In this document: piece after piece, positions 40,001 through 49,620 of the stretch
How positions within the stretch are numbered: the first letter of the stretch is position 1
How the letters are laid out: every line of letters starts with the position of its first letter
Assembly: GCA_963814245.1 (NCBI GenBank)
Contig: CAWFBY010000009.1
Location: 13,636 to 77,635, forward strand
Reading direction: 5' to 3'
Source: an uncultured Actinomycetota bacterium
GTDB lineage: Bacteria > Actinomycetota > Actinomycetes > Propionibacteriales > Nocardioidaceae
Length of the DNA stretch: 64,000 nt
Translations under genes and position numbers: made by a program
The notes under the pieces: model-generated
What the model was told of the DNA's origin: nothing
The model's database searches: none
Seen by the model: only the letters and a program-made list of their open reading frames with translations

Positions 40001-42341
40001 GGTGACCGAAGAGACCAGCACCCTGGTCAGTCCAGGCGGCATCACTCAGATCGACTTCGGCAACCCGGTCGATGCGGTCAACCGCGTCGCGGGCGAGCTG
40101 AGCGACGGCGACCCCGCCAACGGTGAGGCGCAGGTCATCGTGGCGAGTTTCCACGCGGGTGCTCAGCAGGGAGTGGGATCGAACTATGCGGCCGAAGTTG
40201 CCAAGGGCGGGGAGTTTGCCCAGATGGCCAACCTGGATCCGTCCGTGGACGTGATCTTCAACGGCCACACCCACCAGGCCTACGCGTGGGATGCGCCGAT
40301 TCCCGGTGGCGCAGGCGCGACCCGTCCGATCATCCAGACGGGGCAGTACGCCGACAACGTCGGCCAGGTCACGCTGTCCGTCGACCCCACCACGGGCAAC
40401 GTGGTGACCTATTCCGTGCGCAACGTCGCCCGGTTGACCACGGCGGACGCCGAACTCGTTGCGACCTACCCCCGCGTGGCGCAGGTCAAGACCATCGTGG
40501 ATGCGGCGCTGGCCCAGGCCGCCGTCGTGGGCAACCAGCCCGTCGGCAGCCAGACCGCGGACCTCACCCGAGCCTTCAGCAATGGGTCCTATGTCAATGG
40601 CCGCTGGGTGGCGCCGATTCCGCGGACCGAGGACCGCGGGTCCGAATCCACCTTGGGCGACTTGGTGGGCAATGCCCTGCGCGATGGCATTCCCGCTGAG
40701 ATGGGCACCGCCGACCTGGGCATAGTGAACCCGGGAGGGTTGCGGGCAGACCTGATCTTTGCCGGCAACACCGCCCAGAATCCTGCCAACGGTGACGGCG
40801 TGATCACCTACGCCGAGGCCAACGGTGTGCTGCCGTTCGTCAACAACATCTGGCTCATCGAGCTCACCGGGGCGCAACTCAAGGCCGTGCTCGAGCAGCA
40901 ATGGCAGACCAACCCCGGTGGGCCGACGCCCGCGCGACCGTTCTTGGCCCTGGGACTCTCCGACAACGTGAAGACGACGTTGGACCCGACCAAGCCTGAA
41001 GGTTCCCGGGTGACCTCGGTGACCATCGATGGGGTCGCGATCCATCCAGCGGCGACCTACACCGTGTCCACGTTCTCGTTCTTGGGAACGGGCGGCGACA
41101 ACTTCCGAGCGTTCCGCGACGGGGTCGCGCGTGACACCGGGTTGGTCGATCGCGATCTGTGGATCTCCTACCTTCAGGGCCACGCCAACGTGGCGCCCGA
41201 CTTCGTCCGCGAACACGTCTACGAGAGCGGGATGCCGGCTGTGGTCTATGCCGGGCAACACGTCGAGTTGAGCCTGTCGAAGCTCAACCTGACTTCTTTG
41301 GGGAGCCCCGAAAACACGACGCTGCGGATCGTCGCTACCGACGAGACCACGACCGTCGTGCTGGGGACCATCCCGGTCACGGCGGGTTCTGCCAGCGTCG
41401 AGTTCGATGTCCCGGCAGCTTTTGCCGGCGGCGGCTTCATCGAGCTGACGGCGCGGCCCAGCCAGACCGTGGTGCGGATTCCGATCGGCGTGCGCGGGAG
41501 CGCCACCGTGGATGGTTCGGCCGAGCCGATCGCCTATGGCAGCGAGGGGACCGTGGTCGCCACGGTGTCGCCCGCCTCAGCGACCGGGACCGTCGAGTTG
41601 TATCGCGCCGACCTCTTGCTGGGGTCGGGGACGATCGTTGAAGGTTCGGCGGAGATCGTGTTGGCCGCGGGGAGTCTGGAGCCGGGCGCCTATCGCCTCC
41701 GTCTCGAATATTCCGGTGACCTCACGCACAGCCCGGCTGTGGGTCATGTCGACGTCGTGGTGACCAAGGCTGCGGCGCTGGTGTCGGCCACGGCAACGCC
41801 GACCACGGTCAAGGTCAAGAAGGGCACCACCACCGTTGCGGTGAACGTGTCGGCCGAAGGGGTGTCACCGACGGGATCGGTGGCCGCCTATGTCAACGGT
41901 TCCGTGGTGGCTTCGGCCGATCTGGTGGCCGGCGCGGCCACCCTGACCGTGGGACCGTTCGCCTCCGTCGGCGTGGCCGAGATCGAGGTGCGGTATCTCG
42001 GCGACGCCCACGTCGCGACCGGCACTGATGCGGTCTCCGTCACCGTGGTGAAGAACCGGCCCAGGGTCAACGTGGTGCGCACGCCCGCCGTGGTCAAGCG
42101 CAACGCCACCCGAGCCGTGTTCACGGTGACGGTCACGGCGCCGGGGCTGGTGGCAACCGGAACGGTCCAGGTCAAGGTCGACGGAGCCTTGTTCGCGACC
42201 AAGACCTTGGTCAACGGCACCACGAGTGTCCGCCTGAACCCGTTTGGTCTGCTGGGCTCGCACGACATCAAGCTGATCTATTCGGGAGACGCCTCGCTCG
42301 AGCGGGTGGCGGAGACGCGCACGCTCGACGTGGTGCCGTGA
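37056..42341 (+). CDS. ExeM/NucH-type extracellular nuclease fused to a 5'-nucleotidase, with lamin-tail and Ig-like domains
   Basis: LTD; OB-fold region (GVVTAV...GFYLQ, HEGELL); EEP motifs ATFNVLNYF, SLEEIEN, NHFKSKG, GDFNSY, SLDH, SDHNP; 5'-NT motifs NDFHG, GDLIG, GNHEFD, GHTH, NPGGLR, GGDNF; C-terminal Ig-like repeats. Confidence 0.92.
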   Translation: MFAASSWRNRRWALMTSLALCVSSVLLASPPSASANPAATGLVIREVYGAGGNAGAPFNADFVELYNPTGAAIELRGMSLQYRSAAGNPGGSPFALVGSVPSNTSFLVRMSATGAVGAALSADLVAGPAIAMASDSGQVLLVDGVGVVSGSGNFAGAAGVIDMVGYGTAATSYETGPTANASTANSVNRSIAGGDSDNNSTDFALAAPSPQSCSCAAPYTTTPATIAEVQGDNTAVSPFYGQGVSLQGVVTAVYSAASGFNGFYLQTAGSGGATDATPGAADAVFVFGNAAMSINPVVGDHLAVTGPVVEFAGTTEVVPTAAADVTRVASTPDPVTALAAAYPTTEAAREAHEGELLAPTDTFTVTNTFATNQFAEIGLATGTKPLIQPTDVARPGTAEVDAIAADNAARGVVLDDGASTNFLSNATTKAIPLPWLSIDNPVRVGARATFAGPVVLEYRNNAWKFQPTTPVTDAGSATVTFQNTRTEAPQPVGGDLRLATFNVLNYFNTTGEAWVAAGAGRTCTYFTDRDNARVTNNVCAPDGPRGAAQDDDLARQQAKIVAAINALGADVVSLEEIENSVKLGEADRDDAVSALVTALNTAAGSDRWAFAPSPSAADLPALAEQDVIRTAFIYNPNTVEAVGAPRVLVGDADFANAREPLAQAFKRKGGRDRDGFVVAVNHFKSKGDASPPATGDNANGLQGAFNGDRTRQAASLVEFVNAFAADRGLARVFLTGDFNSYTEEDPMHVLYDAGFTKVESDTPGEASYSFSGLSGSLDHVLANDAALARVTGADIWDINASESVAFEYSRHNYNVTNFYQPNPFRASDHNPEVVGIRLRDPAGPVQLNLLGVNDFHGRINTNTVKWAGTVEKLTADAGDEPTLMVGAGDLIGASEFPSAVAQDQPTIDVMNALGLDASAVGNHEFDRGWLDLRDRVIGPVGSRNAKWEYLGANVYATGTTDPVLPEYALFDLDGISVAVVGAVTEETSTLVSPGGITQIDFGNPVDAVNRVAGELSDGDPANGEAQVIVASFHAGAQQGVGSNYAAEVAKGGEFAQMANLDPSVDVIFNGHTHQAYAWDAPIPGGAGATRPIIQTGQYADNVGQVTLSVDPTTGNVVTYSVRNVARLTTADAELVATYPRVAQVKTIVDAALAQAAVVGNQPVGSQTADLTRAFSNGSYVNGRWVAPIPRTEDRGSESTLGDLVGNALRDGIPAEMGTADLGIVNPGGLRADLIFAGNTAQNPANGDGVITYAEANGVLPFVNNIWLIELTGAQLKAVLEQQWQTNPGGPTPARPFLALGLSDNVKTTLDPTKPEGSRVTSVTIDGVAIHPAATYTVSTFSFLGTGGDNFRAFRDGVARDTGLVDRDLWISYLQGHANVAPDFVREHVYESGMPAVVYAGQHVELSLSKLNLTSLGSPENTTLRIVATDETTTVVLGTIPVTAGSASVEFDVPAAFAGGGFIELTARPSQTVVRIPIGVRGSATVDGSAEPIAYGSEGTVVATVSPASATGTVELYRADLLLGSGTIVEGSAEIVLAAGSLEPGAYRLRLEYSGDLTHSPAVGHVDVVVTKAAALVSATATPTTVKVKKGTTTVAVNVSAEGVSPTGSVAAYVNGSVVASADLVAGAATLTVGPFASVGVAEIEVRYLGDAHVATGTDAVSVTVVKNRPRVNVVRTPAVVKRNATRAVFTVTVTAPGLVATGTVQVKVDGALFATKTLVNGTTSVRLNPFGLLGSHDIKLIYSGDASLERVAETRTLDVVP

Positions 42342-42348
42342 GGCTCGC

Positions 42349-42852
42349 TTGAAGAGGGCCCGTGAGGACCCGGACGTCGCGGGGTTGCATCGTGCGTTGG
42401 CGCGGCAAAACGCAACCTTGGCGACCGCCGAGTCGCTCACGGGCGGTGGCCTAGCCGCGAGGATCACCTCCGTAGCCGGGGCCTCGGCGGTCTATGTCGG
42501 CGGGGTGGTGTCCTACGCCACCGACGTCAAGGTTGGCCTGCTGGGGGTTCCCCACACGACAGTCGAGGAGGAAGGGGTGATCTCCGCGGCGTGTGCCAAA
42601 GCGATGGCGCAAGGCGTACGCCGGCTCCTTGGCGCGACGTACGCCCTCAGCACGACGGGGGTCGCGGGCCCAGACGAGCAAGAAGGCCACCTTCCCGGCA
42701 CGGTGTACGTCGCCGTGGCCACCCCCACCTCGGCGGAGGTGCTCGCGCTCGAACTGCGCGGCGACCGCGAGACCATCCAACGGGCCAGCATTGAGGCCGC
42801 GCTCGATCTTCTCGGCCGTGTCCTCGTGCGGGATGATCCAGGCCTCGGGTAG
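42349..42852 (+). CDS. cinA: CinA C-terminal domain protein (NMN deamidase)
   Basis: [38 protein letters not shown]. Confidence 0.92.
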   Translation: MKRAREDPDVAGLHRALARQNATLATAESLTGGGLAARITSVAGASAVYVGGVVSYATDVKVGLLGVPHTTVEEEGVISAACAKAMAQGVRRLLGATYALSTTGVAGPDEQEGHLPGTVYVAVATPTSAEVLALELRGDRETIQRASIEAALDLLGRVLVRDDPGLG

Positions 42853-42904
42853 CGTTGCCCTCAATCAGGCGTGCGTAGTGACCCCACACCGGAGAGGACC
42901 ACCG

Positions 42905-43213
42905 ATGGTGCTGTTTCGTCGGCTGCTCGGCGAGGTGCTCCGTTCCAGACGGATGCATCAAGGGTTAACCCTGCGCGAAGTCTCCGCGGAGGCGCGGGTC
43001 AGCCTGGGCTACATCTCCGAGATTGAGCGCGGTCAAAAAGAAGCGTCCTCGGAATTGCTGGCCTCTTTGTGTGCGGCGCTCGAAGTGCCGTTGAGCGACA
43101 TCCTGCGCGAGGTGAGCACGGCCGTGGCTCGCGAAGAGGCCGTGCTTGAGCTCAACTCTGTGCCGCATGCGGTCGGTGCCGCGACCGGTGGCGTGGTGGC
43201 GTCGGCCGCCTAG
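42905..43213 (+). CDS. XRE-family HTH regulator (ClgR-like)
   Basis: [49 protein letters not shown]; pgsA-cinA-clgR synteny. Confidence 0.9.
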   Translation: MVLFRRLLGEVLRSRRMHQGLTLREVSAEARVSLGYISEIERGQKEASSELLASLCAALEVPLSDILREVSTAVAREEAVLELNSVPHAVGAATGGVVASAA

Positions 43214-44019
43214 CCCCTCGGCTCCGGGGCCGCTGGTTGGCAGGCAGGACACCAATAGGTCGGGCGAGTCCGGCCCGCTTCTCCACGCTCCGCGACCACG
43301 ATGGTGGTCGCACAACGTCGGCAGGGTGTTCGATCACGGCCATAGACCCATAGGCGGCGCCCCTGGCGCTGGTCGCCGGTCGTCACCTGTACGGAGCGTT
43401 CCTTGTTGGCCTCCAGCATCAGCTTGGCTCGGCGCACGAGCCGCTCGAGGTCAGGGACCAGCGACACGGGTGTGTCCGGGTGGACTCCGCTGGTGAAGCA
43501 CAATTCCGCGGCGTACATATTGCCGATCCCGGCGAGGTTGGTCTGATCGAGCAGGGCGGCGCGGATGGTTTCGTCAGGGCGTCGCTTGAGTCGGTCGCAG
43601 GCAGCCTGGGCATCCCAATCGTTGCCGAGTAGGTCCGGTCCGAGATGGCCCACGACCTGACTCTCCTGTGAGGTGGGGAGCAGTTCGACCACGCCGAGGG
43701 AGAAACCAACCGCGGTGACCTCTCCCGCCGTCAGCACGACCCGGGCAAGGTGTGCCGGTCGGCGCCACGGATGGCCCCTGCCATAGATGTGCCAGGCCCC
43801 CTCCATCAGCAGATGGGTGTGCAGGGTGAGCAACTGGTGGTGATGCTCGAAGTGGGTGAGCAGGTGTTTGCCCCGGGAGACGGTTTGCCGGACCAGGGAG
43901 CCCGCCAGATCGACCGTGGCGAGTGAGGGGACCCGCAGGTCGCAGGCAGTCAGGTGGTGCCCCGCGAGCGCCCGGTCGAGGGTGCGGGCGGTGCGCCAGA
44001 CCGTGTCGCCCTCAGGCAC
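43210..44019 (-). CDS. nei: Fpg/Nei family DNA glycosylase
   Basis: N-terminal MPEGD, GKHLL, H2[16 protein letters not shown], zinc finger CRRC...CPAC. Confidence 0.94.
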   Translation of the reverse strand: MPEGDTVWRTARTLDRALAGHHLTACDLRVPSLATVDLAGSLVRQTVSRGKHLLTHFEHHHQLLTLHTHLLMEGAWHIYGRGHPWRRPAHLARVVLTAGEVTAVGFSLGVVELLPTSQESQVVGHLGPDLLGNDWDAQAACDRLKRRPDETIRAALLDQTNLAGIGNMYAAELCFTSGVHPDTPVSLVPDLERLVRRAKLMLEANKERSVQVTTGDQRQGRRLWVYGRDRTPCRRCATTIVVAERGEAGRTRPTYWCPACQPAAPEPRG

Positions 44020-47000
44020 GGAGTCTCAACCCCCTCGGCGTCGCGATGAAGCCCGCCACTTCGAGTGCCGCGCGCAGCGGCGTGGTGGCACCCAACACGG
44101 ATTCGCCATCGGCGCGTTCAACCGTGATCCGACCCAGGGCGCCGCGGCGGGCCGCCTGAGCCAGCGAGGCGCAGGCGGTGGTGAGAATATCGAGGTCCTC
44201 GCTCCAAGTCAGCAATGTGCGCCCGCCGCGCTCGACGTACAACACCAACGCGCCGTCGACGATGCCCACCAACGCTCCGGCCTTGCGGCCGGGGCGATGC
44301 CCCGACTCGGCAGTGCTTCGCTCCGGCCAACCCAGCGCCGCGCCGAACGGGTTGGCCGGATCGGTGGCCGCCAACGTCAGGGCCACCGGCTCATGGTCGG
44401 GGGCGAGTTCGCTGAACGTGCGCAGCCGATCGATCGCGCCGGCCGTGCCGAACTGGGCCGCACCGAGACCACCGACGAAATAGCCACGGCGACAGCGGCC
44501 CGCCTCCTCATAGGCGCGCAGCACCTTGTAGACGGCGGCGAAACCTCCCGGGACGCGCTCGGACAGCACAGCACCTCGGGTCACCACACCATGGCGATCG
44601 AGGAGCCGCTCCGCGGCTGCGGTGGCGCGCAAGGTCGGCTCGGTCTCGGCCAGCGGCAGTCGTGACCACCGGCCCGCGGCGTGCGGGGGACCGACGCGGC
44701 TCGGCCCGCGACCACGGCCGCTGCCAGCGGGGCGTACGCGCGGAGCCGGGGCTCGAGACCGATGACTCGGCGTGCCCCCGCGGATGAGCGCGCGCACCGG
44801 CGCCAGAGTGTCGTTGGTGACCCGCCCGCTCCAGACCAGGTCCCACAGGGCGCCGACGACGGCGCCGTCATCGGTCGCACCGATGGCGTCGCTGAGCTGG
44901 CGGAAGAACCAGGCACCCCCGGGTTCGAGGGCGTCGAGCAAGGATTGATGCAGCTCGGAATGCTCGAAGGCCGCGACCTCGGGGAGAGTCAACTCAACCT
45001 GATCGCGCAGATGCAGCGAAATCCAACCGTCCGCGCCGGGCAGGGCGCCATGACCCGCCCACAGCACCTCTCCCGAGGCAGTCAACTCGTCGAGGTGGGC
45101 CGGCTCGAAATCGCGCACGCGCGCGGGCAGGATCAGGGACTCGATCGCAGACGCCGGCATCGGGCATCCCGCCAACTGCTCGATCGCGGCGAGGGTCCCG
45201 TCCACACCCCTCAGCGCGCCGCGCGGACCGGTGACCGCGCGTTGCCAGGCGGGCAGGAAGCGACCCAGGGCTGCCGGGTCGACGGGCTCGACCTCCTTGC
45301 GCAGTCGCGCAAGCGAGCGGCCTCGGAGTCTGCGCAGGACGTCGGCGTCGCACCACTCGAGCCCACTTCCGGCCGGTCGGAATTCGCCTTCGAGGACCCG
45401 TCCTCGAGCGACGAGCCTGGCCAGCGTGTGGCGTACGACGGCGATGCCGAGGCCGAAGCTGAGCGCCACGCCCTCGGCGGTGAAAGGGCCGTGGGTCCGG
45501 GCATAGCGGCCGATCAGGTCGCCAAGGGGATCCTCTGGAGCCTCCGTGAAGACGTCGGGAGTGCCCGGCGGCACCGGCACGCCCAGCCCGTCGCGCAGTC
45601 GGGCGACATCCTCGATCGCGACCCAGCGCTCCGCGCTCGCCACGCGCACCAGCACGGCCCGGCGGGCCTCGGCCAAGGTGGTCAACCAGTCGGGGGCCGA
45701 GGCAGGATCGACACAACGCGCCGCGACCTCGGCTTCGGAAAGAGGGCCTAGGAGGCGGAGCAGATCGGCAACGCCTTCGACGTTGCGGGCTTGTCGGTCC
45801 GGGGCGGTGCGCTGCAACTCGGCCTCGACCTCGGCGAGCACCACCGGGTCGAGCAATTCGCGCAACTCGGCGCGTCCGAGCAGCTCGGCGAGCAGGCCCT
45901 GATCGAGGGAGAGCGCTGCAGCCCGTCGTTCGGCGATGGGGGAGTCGCCTTCGTAGACGAACTGGGCGACATAGCCGAAGAGGAGGGTCCGGGCGAACGG
46001 GGAAGGCGCAGGAGTGGCGACCTCGTGGACCGTCACTTCGCGATGTTCGACGCGGCGCATCAGTGCAGTGAGCGCATCCAGGTCGTAGACGTCCTGGAGG
46101 CACTCGCGCACGGCTTCCAAGACGATCGGGAAGGACGGATATTGTGCGGCGACCTCCAACAACTGCGCGGCCCGTTGCCTCTGCTGCCACAAGGGAGAAC
46201 GTCTTCCCGGGTCGCGCCGGGGAAGCAGCAGAGCCCGAGCCGCACACTCGCGGAACCGCGCGGCAAACAGCGCTGAACCCCCCACTTCGGCGGTGACCAG
46301 ATCGGCGATCTCGACCGGATCGAAAACGATCAGCTCCCCGCCGGGGGGCTCGGAGTCGGTCTCCGGAATGCGGATCACGATCCCGTCGTCGGAGGCCATC
46401 GCTTGGCCGTCGATGCCGTAGCGCTCCCGCAGACGCGCGTTGATGGCCAACGCCCACGGCGCATGGACCGGGGTGCCGTAGGGCGAGTGCACGACCAGGC
46501 GCCAATCGCCCAACTCGTCGCGGAATCGCTCCACCAGGAGCACCTCATCGCTGGGCAAGATGCGGGTGGCCTCGGCCTGTTCGGTCAGGTAGGCCACGAG
46601 GTTGCCGGAGGCCCATTCGTCCAGGCCAGCGTTCATCGCGGTCGCCCGAGCGGTCGGCGGCGGCATCGCACTCAGCTCGCGGGTGAAGGCCCCGATGGCC
46701 GCGCCCAGCTCCGCGGGACGACCCAACGAGTCACCCTTCCAAAACGGCAGCCGCCCCGGAATCCCCGGTGCGGGAGTCACCAACACCCGGTCGTGGGTGA
46801 TGTCCTCGATCCGCCAACTGGTCGCACCGAGGGCGAAGATGTCGCCCACACGCGACTCATAGACCATCTCCTCGTCGAGCTCGCCCACCCGACGCCCGGT
46901 GCCGGTGCCGACGAGGAAGACCCCAAAGAGCCCCCGATCTGGGATGGTGCCGCCACTGGTCACCGCCAGTCGTTGTGCTCCCGGACGGCCGGTGATGATC

Positions 47001-48562
47001 CCCGTCACCCGGTCCCAGACGATCCGCGGGCGAAGCTCGGCGAATTCGTCGCTGGGATAACGGCCAGCGAGCAAGTCCAGCGTCGCGTCGTAGGCGCTGC
47101 GGGGGAGCGCCGCGAACGGTGCGCTTCGGCGTACGACGTCGAACAGGTCGTCGACCGACCAGGCATCCATGGCGGTGCTGGACACCACGTGTTGGGCCAA
47201 CACGTCGAGCGGATTGATCGGGACTCGGGTGGATTCGATCTGCCCGGCCACCATCCGTTGCACGGCCACCGCGGTCTGCGCCAGATCTCCCCGGTGTTTG
47301 GGGAACAGCACCCCCCGGGAGGTCTCGCCCACCTGGTGACCGGACCGACCTACGCGTTGCAGGGCGCTGGCCACGCTCGGCGGCGATTCGATCTGGATCA
47401 CCAGGTCGACGGCCCCCATATCGATGCCCAACTCCAGGCTGCTGGTCGCCACCACACACGGCAGGCGACCGCGCTTCAATTCGTCCTCGATCAGGGCGCG
47501 CTGTTCCTTGGAGACCGAGCCGTGGTGCGCCTTGGCGAGGACCGGCGCGGCGCCGTGGGACTGACCCGATTGAGCCATCACTTGCGCGGGACTTGGTCCT
47601 CCCGTCGCGAGGGCAGCTCCCTGACGATCTGCGGCAATCTCGTTGAGCCGCGCCGTCAGCCGCTCCGCCAGGCGGCGCGAATTGGCGAACACGATCGTCG
47701 AGCGATGTTTCTCGATGAGGTCGACCACGCTCTCCTCCACGTGCGGCCACAGCGAGTTGGGTCTGGAGTTGGCCGGCGCGTCGTCTTCCCCTGCCTCGGC
47801 GGCCCCGAGCGCGGTCATGTCCTCCACGGGCACCACCACCCGCAGATCCCACGACTTGGCGGACGGGGGAGCGACGATCTCCACCGGCGCGGCGCCGCCG
47901 AGGAAGCGGGCGACCTCTTCGTGGGGGTGCACCGTTGCCGACAACCCGATGCGCTGGGCAGGGGTGGCGAGGAGAGCGTCGAGGCGCTCGAGACTGACCG
48001 CCAGGTGTGAACCGCGTTTGCCGCCGGCCAGGGCGTGCACTTCGTCGAGGATCACCGTGTCCACCGTGCGCAAGGTCTCGCGGGCCTGCGAGGTGAGCAT
48101 CAAGAACAGCGACTCGGGGGTGGTGATCAAGATGTCAGGCGGGCGCGCCACCAACCTGCGGCGCTGGGCAGCCGTCGTGTCTCCCGACCGGAGCCCGACG
48201 CTGACCTGCGAGATCGGCTCGCCGAGGCGCTCGGCGGTGTTCTTGATGCCGGCCAGGGGCGCGCGCAGGTTGCGTTCGACATCCACGGCCAGCGCTTTGA
48301 GGGGCGAGATGTAAAGCACCCGCGAACCCGGCGGGCGGTCGGTGCCGTTGAGATTTTCGGTGGACCGGACGCTGAGCAACTGATCGAGTGACCACAAGAA
48401 GGCGGATAGCGTCTTGCCCGAGCCTGTGGGGGCCACCACCAGGGTGTGTCTGCCGCTGGCGATTGCTTCCCACGCCCCCACTTGGGCCGGGGTTGCCTCA
48501 GCGAATGCGGCAGCGAACCACGCCCGGGTTGCCGGGCTGAACGCAGCCAATGGAGTGGACAC
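44012..48562 (-). CDS. lhr: Long Lhr ATP-dependent helicase
   Basis: APTGSGKT, ILDEVHAL, IGLSAT, HHGSVS, ATSSLELGID, QRVGRSGH and the long C-terminal region; coupled to nei. Confidence 0.96.
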   Translation of the reverse strand: MSTPLAAFSPATRAWFAAAFAEATPAQVGAWEAIASGRHTLVVAPTGSGKTLSAFLWSLDQLLSVRSTENLNGTDRPPGSRVLYISPLKALAVDVERNLRAPLAGIKNTAERLGEPISQVSVGLRSGDTTAAQRRRLVARPPDILITTPESLFLMLTSQARETLRTVDTVILDEVHALAGGKRGSHLAVSLERLDALLATPAQRIGLSATVHPHEEVARFLGGAAPVEIVAPPSAKSWDLRVVVPVEDMTALGAAEAGEDDAPANSRPNSLWPHVEESVVDLIEKHRSTIVFANSRRLAERLTARLNEIAADRQGAALATGGPSPAQVMAQSGQSHGAAPVLAKAHHGSVSKEQRALIEDELKRGRLPCVVATSSLELGIDMGAVDLVIQIESPPSVASALQRVGRSGHQVGETSRGVLFPKHRGDLAQTAVAVQRMVAGQIESTRVPINPLDVLAQHVVSSTAMDAWSVDDLFDVVRRSAPFAALPRSAYDATLDLLAGRYPSDEFAELRPRIVWDRVTGIITGRPGAQRLAVTSGGTIPDRGLFGVFLVGTGTGRRVGELDEEMVYESRVGDIFALGATSWRIEDITHDRVLVTPAPGIPGRLPFWKGDSLGRPAELGAAIGAFTRELSAMPPPTARATAMNAGLDEWASGNLVAYLTEQAEATRILPSDEVLLVERFRDELGDWRLVVHSPYGTPVHAPWALAINARLRERYGIDGQAMASDDGIVIRIPETDSEPPGGELIVFDPVEIADLVTAEVGGSALFAARFRECAARALLLPRRDPGRRSPLWQQRQRAAQLLEVAAQYPSFPIVLEAVRECLQDVYDLDALTALMRRVEHREVTVHEVATPAPSPFARTLLFGYVAQFVYEGDSPIAERRAAALSLDQGLLAELLGRAELRELLDPVVLAEVEAELQRTAPDRQARNVEGVADLLRLLGPLSEAEVAARCVDPASAPDWLTTLAEARRAVLVRVASAERWVAIEDVARLRDGLGVPVPPGTPDVFTEAPEDPLGDLIGRYARTHGPFTAEGVALSFGLGIAVVRHTLARLVARGRVLEGEFRPAGSGLEWCDADVLRRLRGRSLARLRKEVEPVDPAALGRFLPAWQRAVTGPRGALRGVDGTLAAIEQLAGCPMPASAIESLILPARVRDFEPAHLDELTASGEVLWAGHGALPGADGWISLHLRDQVELTLPEVAAFEHSELHQSLLDALEPGGAWFFRQLSDAIGATDDGAVVGALWDLVWSGRVTNDTLAPVRALIRGGTPSHRSRAPAPRVRPAGSGRGRGPSRVGPPHAAGRWSRLPLAETEPTLRATAAAERLLDRHGVVTRGAVLSERVPGGFAAVYKVLRAYEEAGRCRRGYFVGGLGAAQFGTAGAIDRLRTFSELAPDHEPVALTLAATDPANPFGAALGWPERSTAESGHRPGRKAGALVGIVDGALVLYVERGGRTLLTWSEDLDILTTACASLAQAARRGALGRITVERADGESVLGATTPLRAALEVAGFIATPRGLRLRA

Positions 48563-48568
48563 AATCCC

Positions 48569-48590
48569 ATCCTTGCTTACCCCGGCGACA
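48569..48590 (-). promoter_or_regulatory. Possible RecA-NDp/PafBC-type promoter of lhr-nei
   Basis: TGTCGC-n10-AAGGAT then 6 nt to the GTG start; two mismatches to TGTCGG-n10-TAnnnT. Confidence 0.4.
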
Positions 48591-48657
48591 GTCACGACCA
48601 CGAGCCGCACCAGGCACCTGGAGCGGCTTGATGGCGGACCCAGTTAGGGTGCCTCGG

Positions 48658-49620
48658 GTGAACGAAGACCGGCCTGGACCCGTGAGTGACGGCGACGAGA
48701 CGTCGATGATCCGCGCGCGTGGGCTTCGCAAGTCGTTCGGCGACTTTGAGGCGGTGCGTGGGATCGATCTCGACGTACGCCGCGGTGAGGCGTTCGGATT
48801 TCTCGGGCCCAATGGCGCGGGCAAATCCTCCACCATGCGGATGATCGCGGCGGTGTCACCCGCCACAAGCGGCGAGCTCACGATCCTCGATCGCGACCCG
48901 CGCACGGACGGGCCGGCGATTCGTGCTCGCTTAGGGGTCTGCCCGCAAGAAGACACCCTCGACAACGAGTTGAATGTCTTCGACAATCTCTATGTCTATG
49001 GCCGATTCTTCGGCCTGCCCAAGGCCGAGCTCAAGGCTAGGGCGCGCGAACTGCTGGACTTTGTGCAACTGGGCGAGAAGGCCACCAGCAAGGTGGAAAG
49101 CCTTTCGGGTGGCATGAAGCGCCGCCTCACGATCGCTCGGTCGTTGATCAACGAGCCCGACCTCCTGCTGCTCGACGAGCCCACGACTGGGCTGGATCCG
49201 CAGGCCCGGCACCTCCTTTGGGACCGGCTTTTCCGGCTCAAGAGTCAGGGGGTCACGCTGGTGCTCACCACCCATTACATGGATGAGGCCGAGCAGTTGT
49301 GTGATCGCCTGGTGGTGATGGACAAGGGCGAGATCGTTGCGGAGGGTTCACCTCTCGACCTGATCCGGACGCACTCCACCCGTGAGGTGGCGGAGTTGCG
49401 CTTTGGCAGCGATGAGCACGAGGGCGTTCTGGAGCAGGTGGCCGACCTTGGCGAGCGGATCGAGGTGCTGCCCGACCGGCTCCTGATTTACACCGACGAC
49501 GGCGAAGAGGTGCTCGTCAAGGTCCACGAGCGCGGTCTGCGACCGGCGGGGGTGCTGGTGCGGCGCTCGACGCTGGAAGATGTGTTCCTGCGGCTCACCG
49601 GCCGGACGCTGGTGGACTGA
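48658..49620 (+). CDS. ABC exporter ATP-binding protein (NodI/DrrA-like)
   Basis: GPNGAGKSS, LSGGMKRR, LLLDEPTTGLDP, TTHYMDEAE; start chosen from TAGGGT-n7-GTG. Confidence 0.93.
   Translation: MNEDRPGPVSDGDETSMIRARGLRKSFGDFEAVRGIDLDVRRGEAFGFLGPNGAGKSSTMRMIAAVSPATSGELTILDRDPRTDGPAIRARLGVCPQEDTLDNELNVFDNLYVYGRFFGLPKAELKARARELLDFVQLGEKATSKVESLSGGMKRRLTIARSLINEPDLLLLDEPTTGLDPQARHLLWDRLFRLKSQGVTLVLTTHYMDEAEQLCDRLVVMDKGEIVAEGSPLDLIRTHSTREVAELRFGSDEHEGVLEQVADLGERIEVLPDRLLIYTDDGEEVLVKVHERGLRPAGVLVRRSTLEDVFLRLTGRTLVD

Noticed and set aside
37680-41261. Long antisense ORFs (1193 aa here; also 61400-62989, 18114-19778, 46403-48010)
   Set aside because: Shadow ORFs opposite well-supported genes, expected from high-GC codon bias, with no recognisable motifs.
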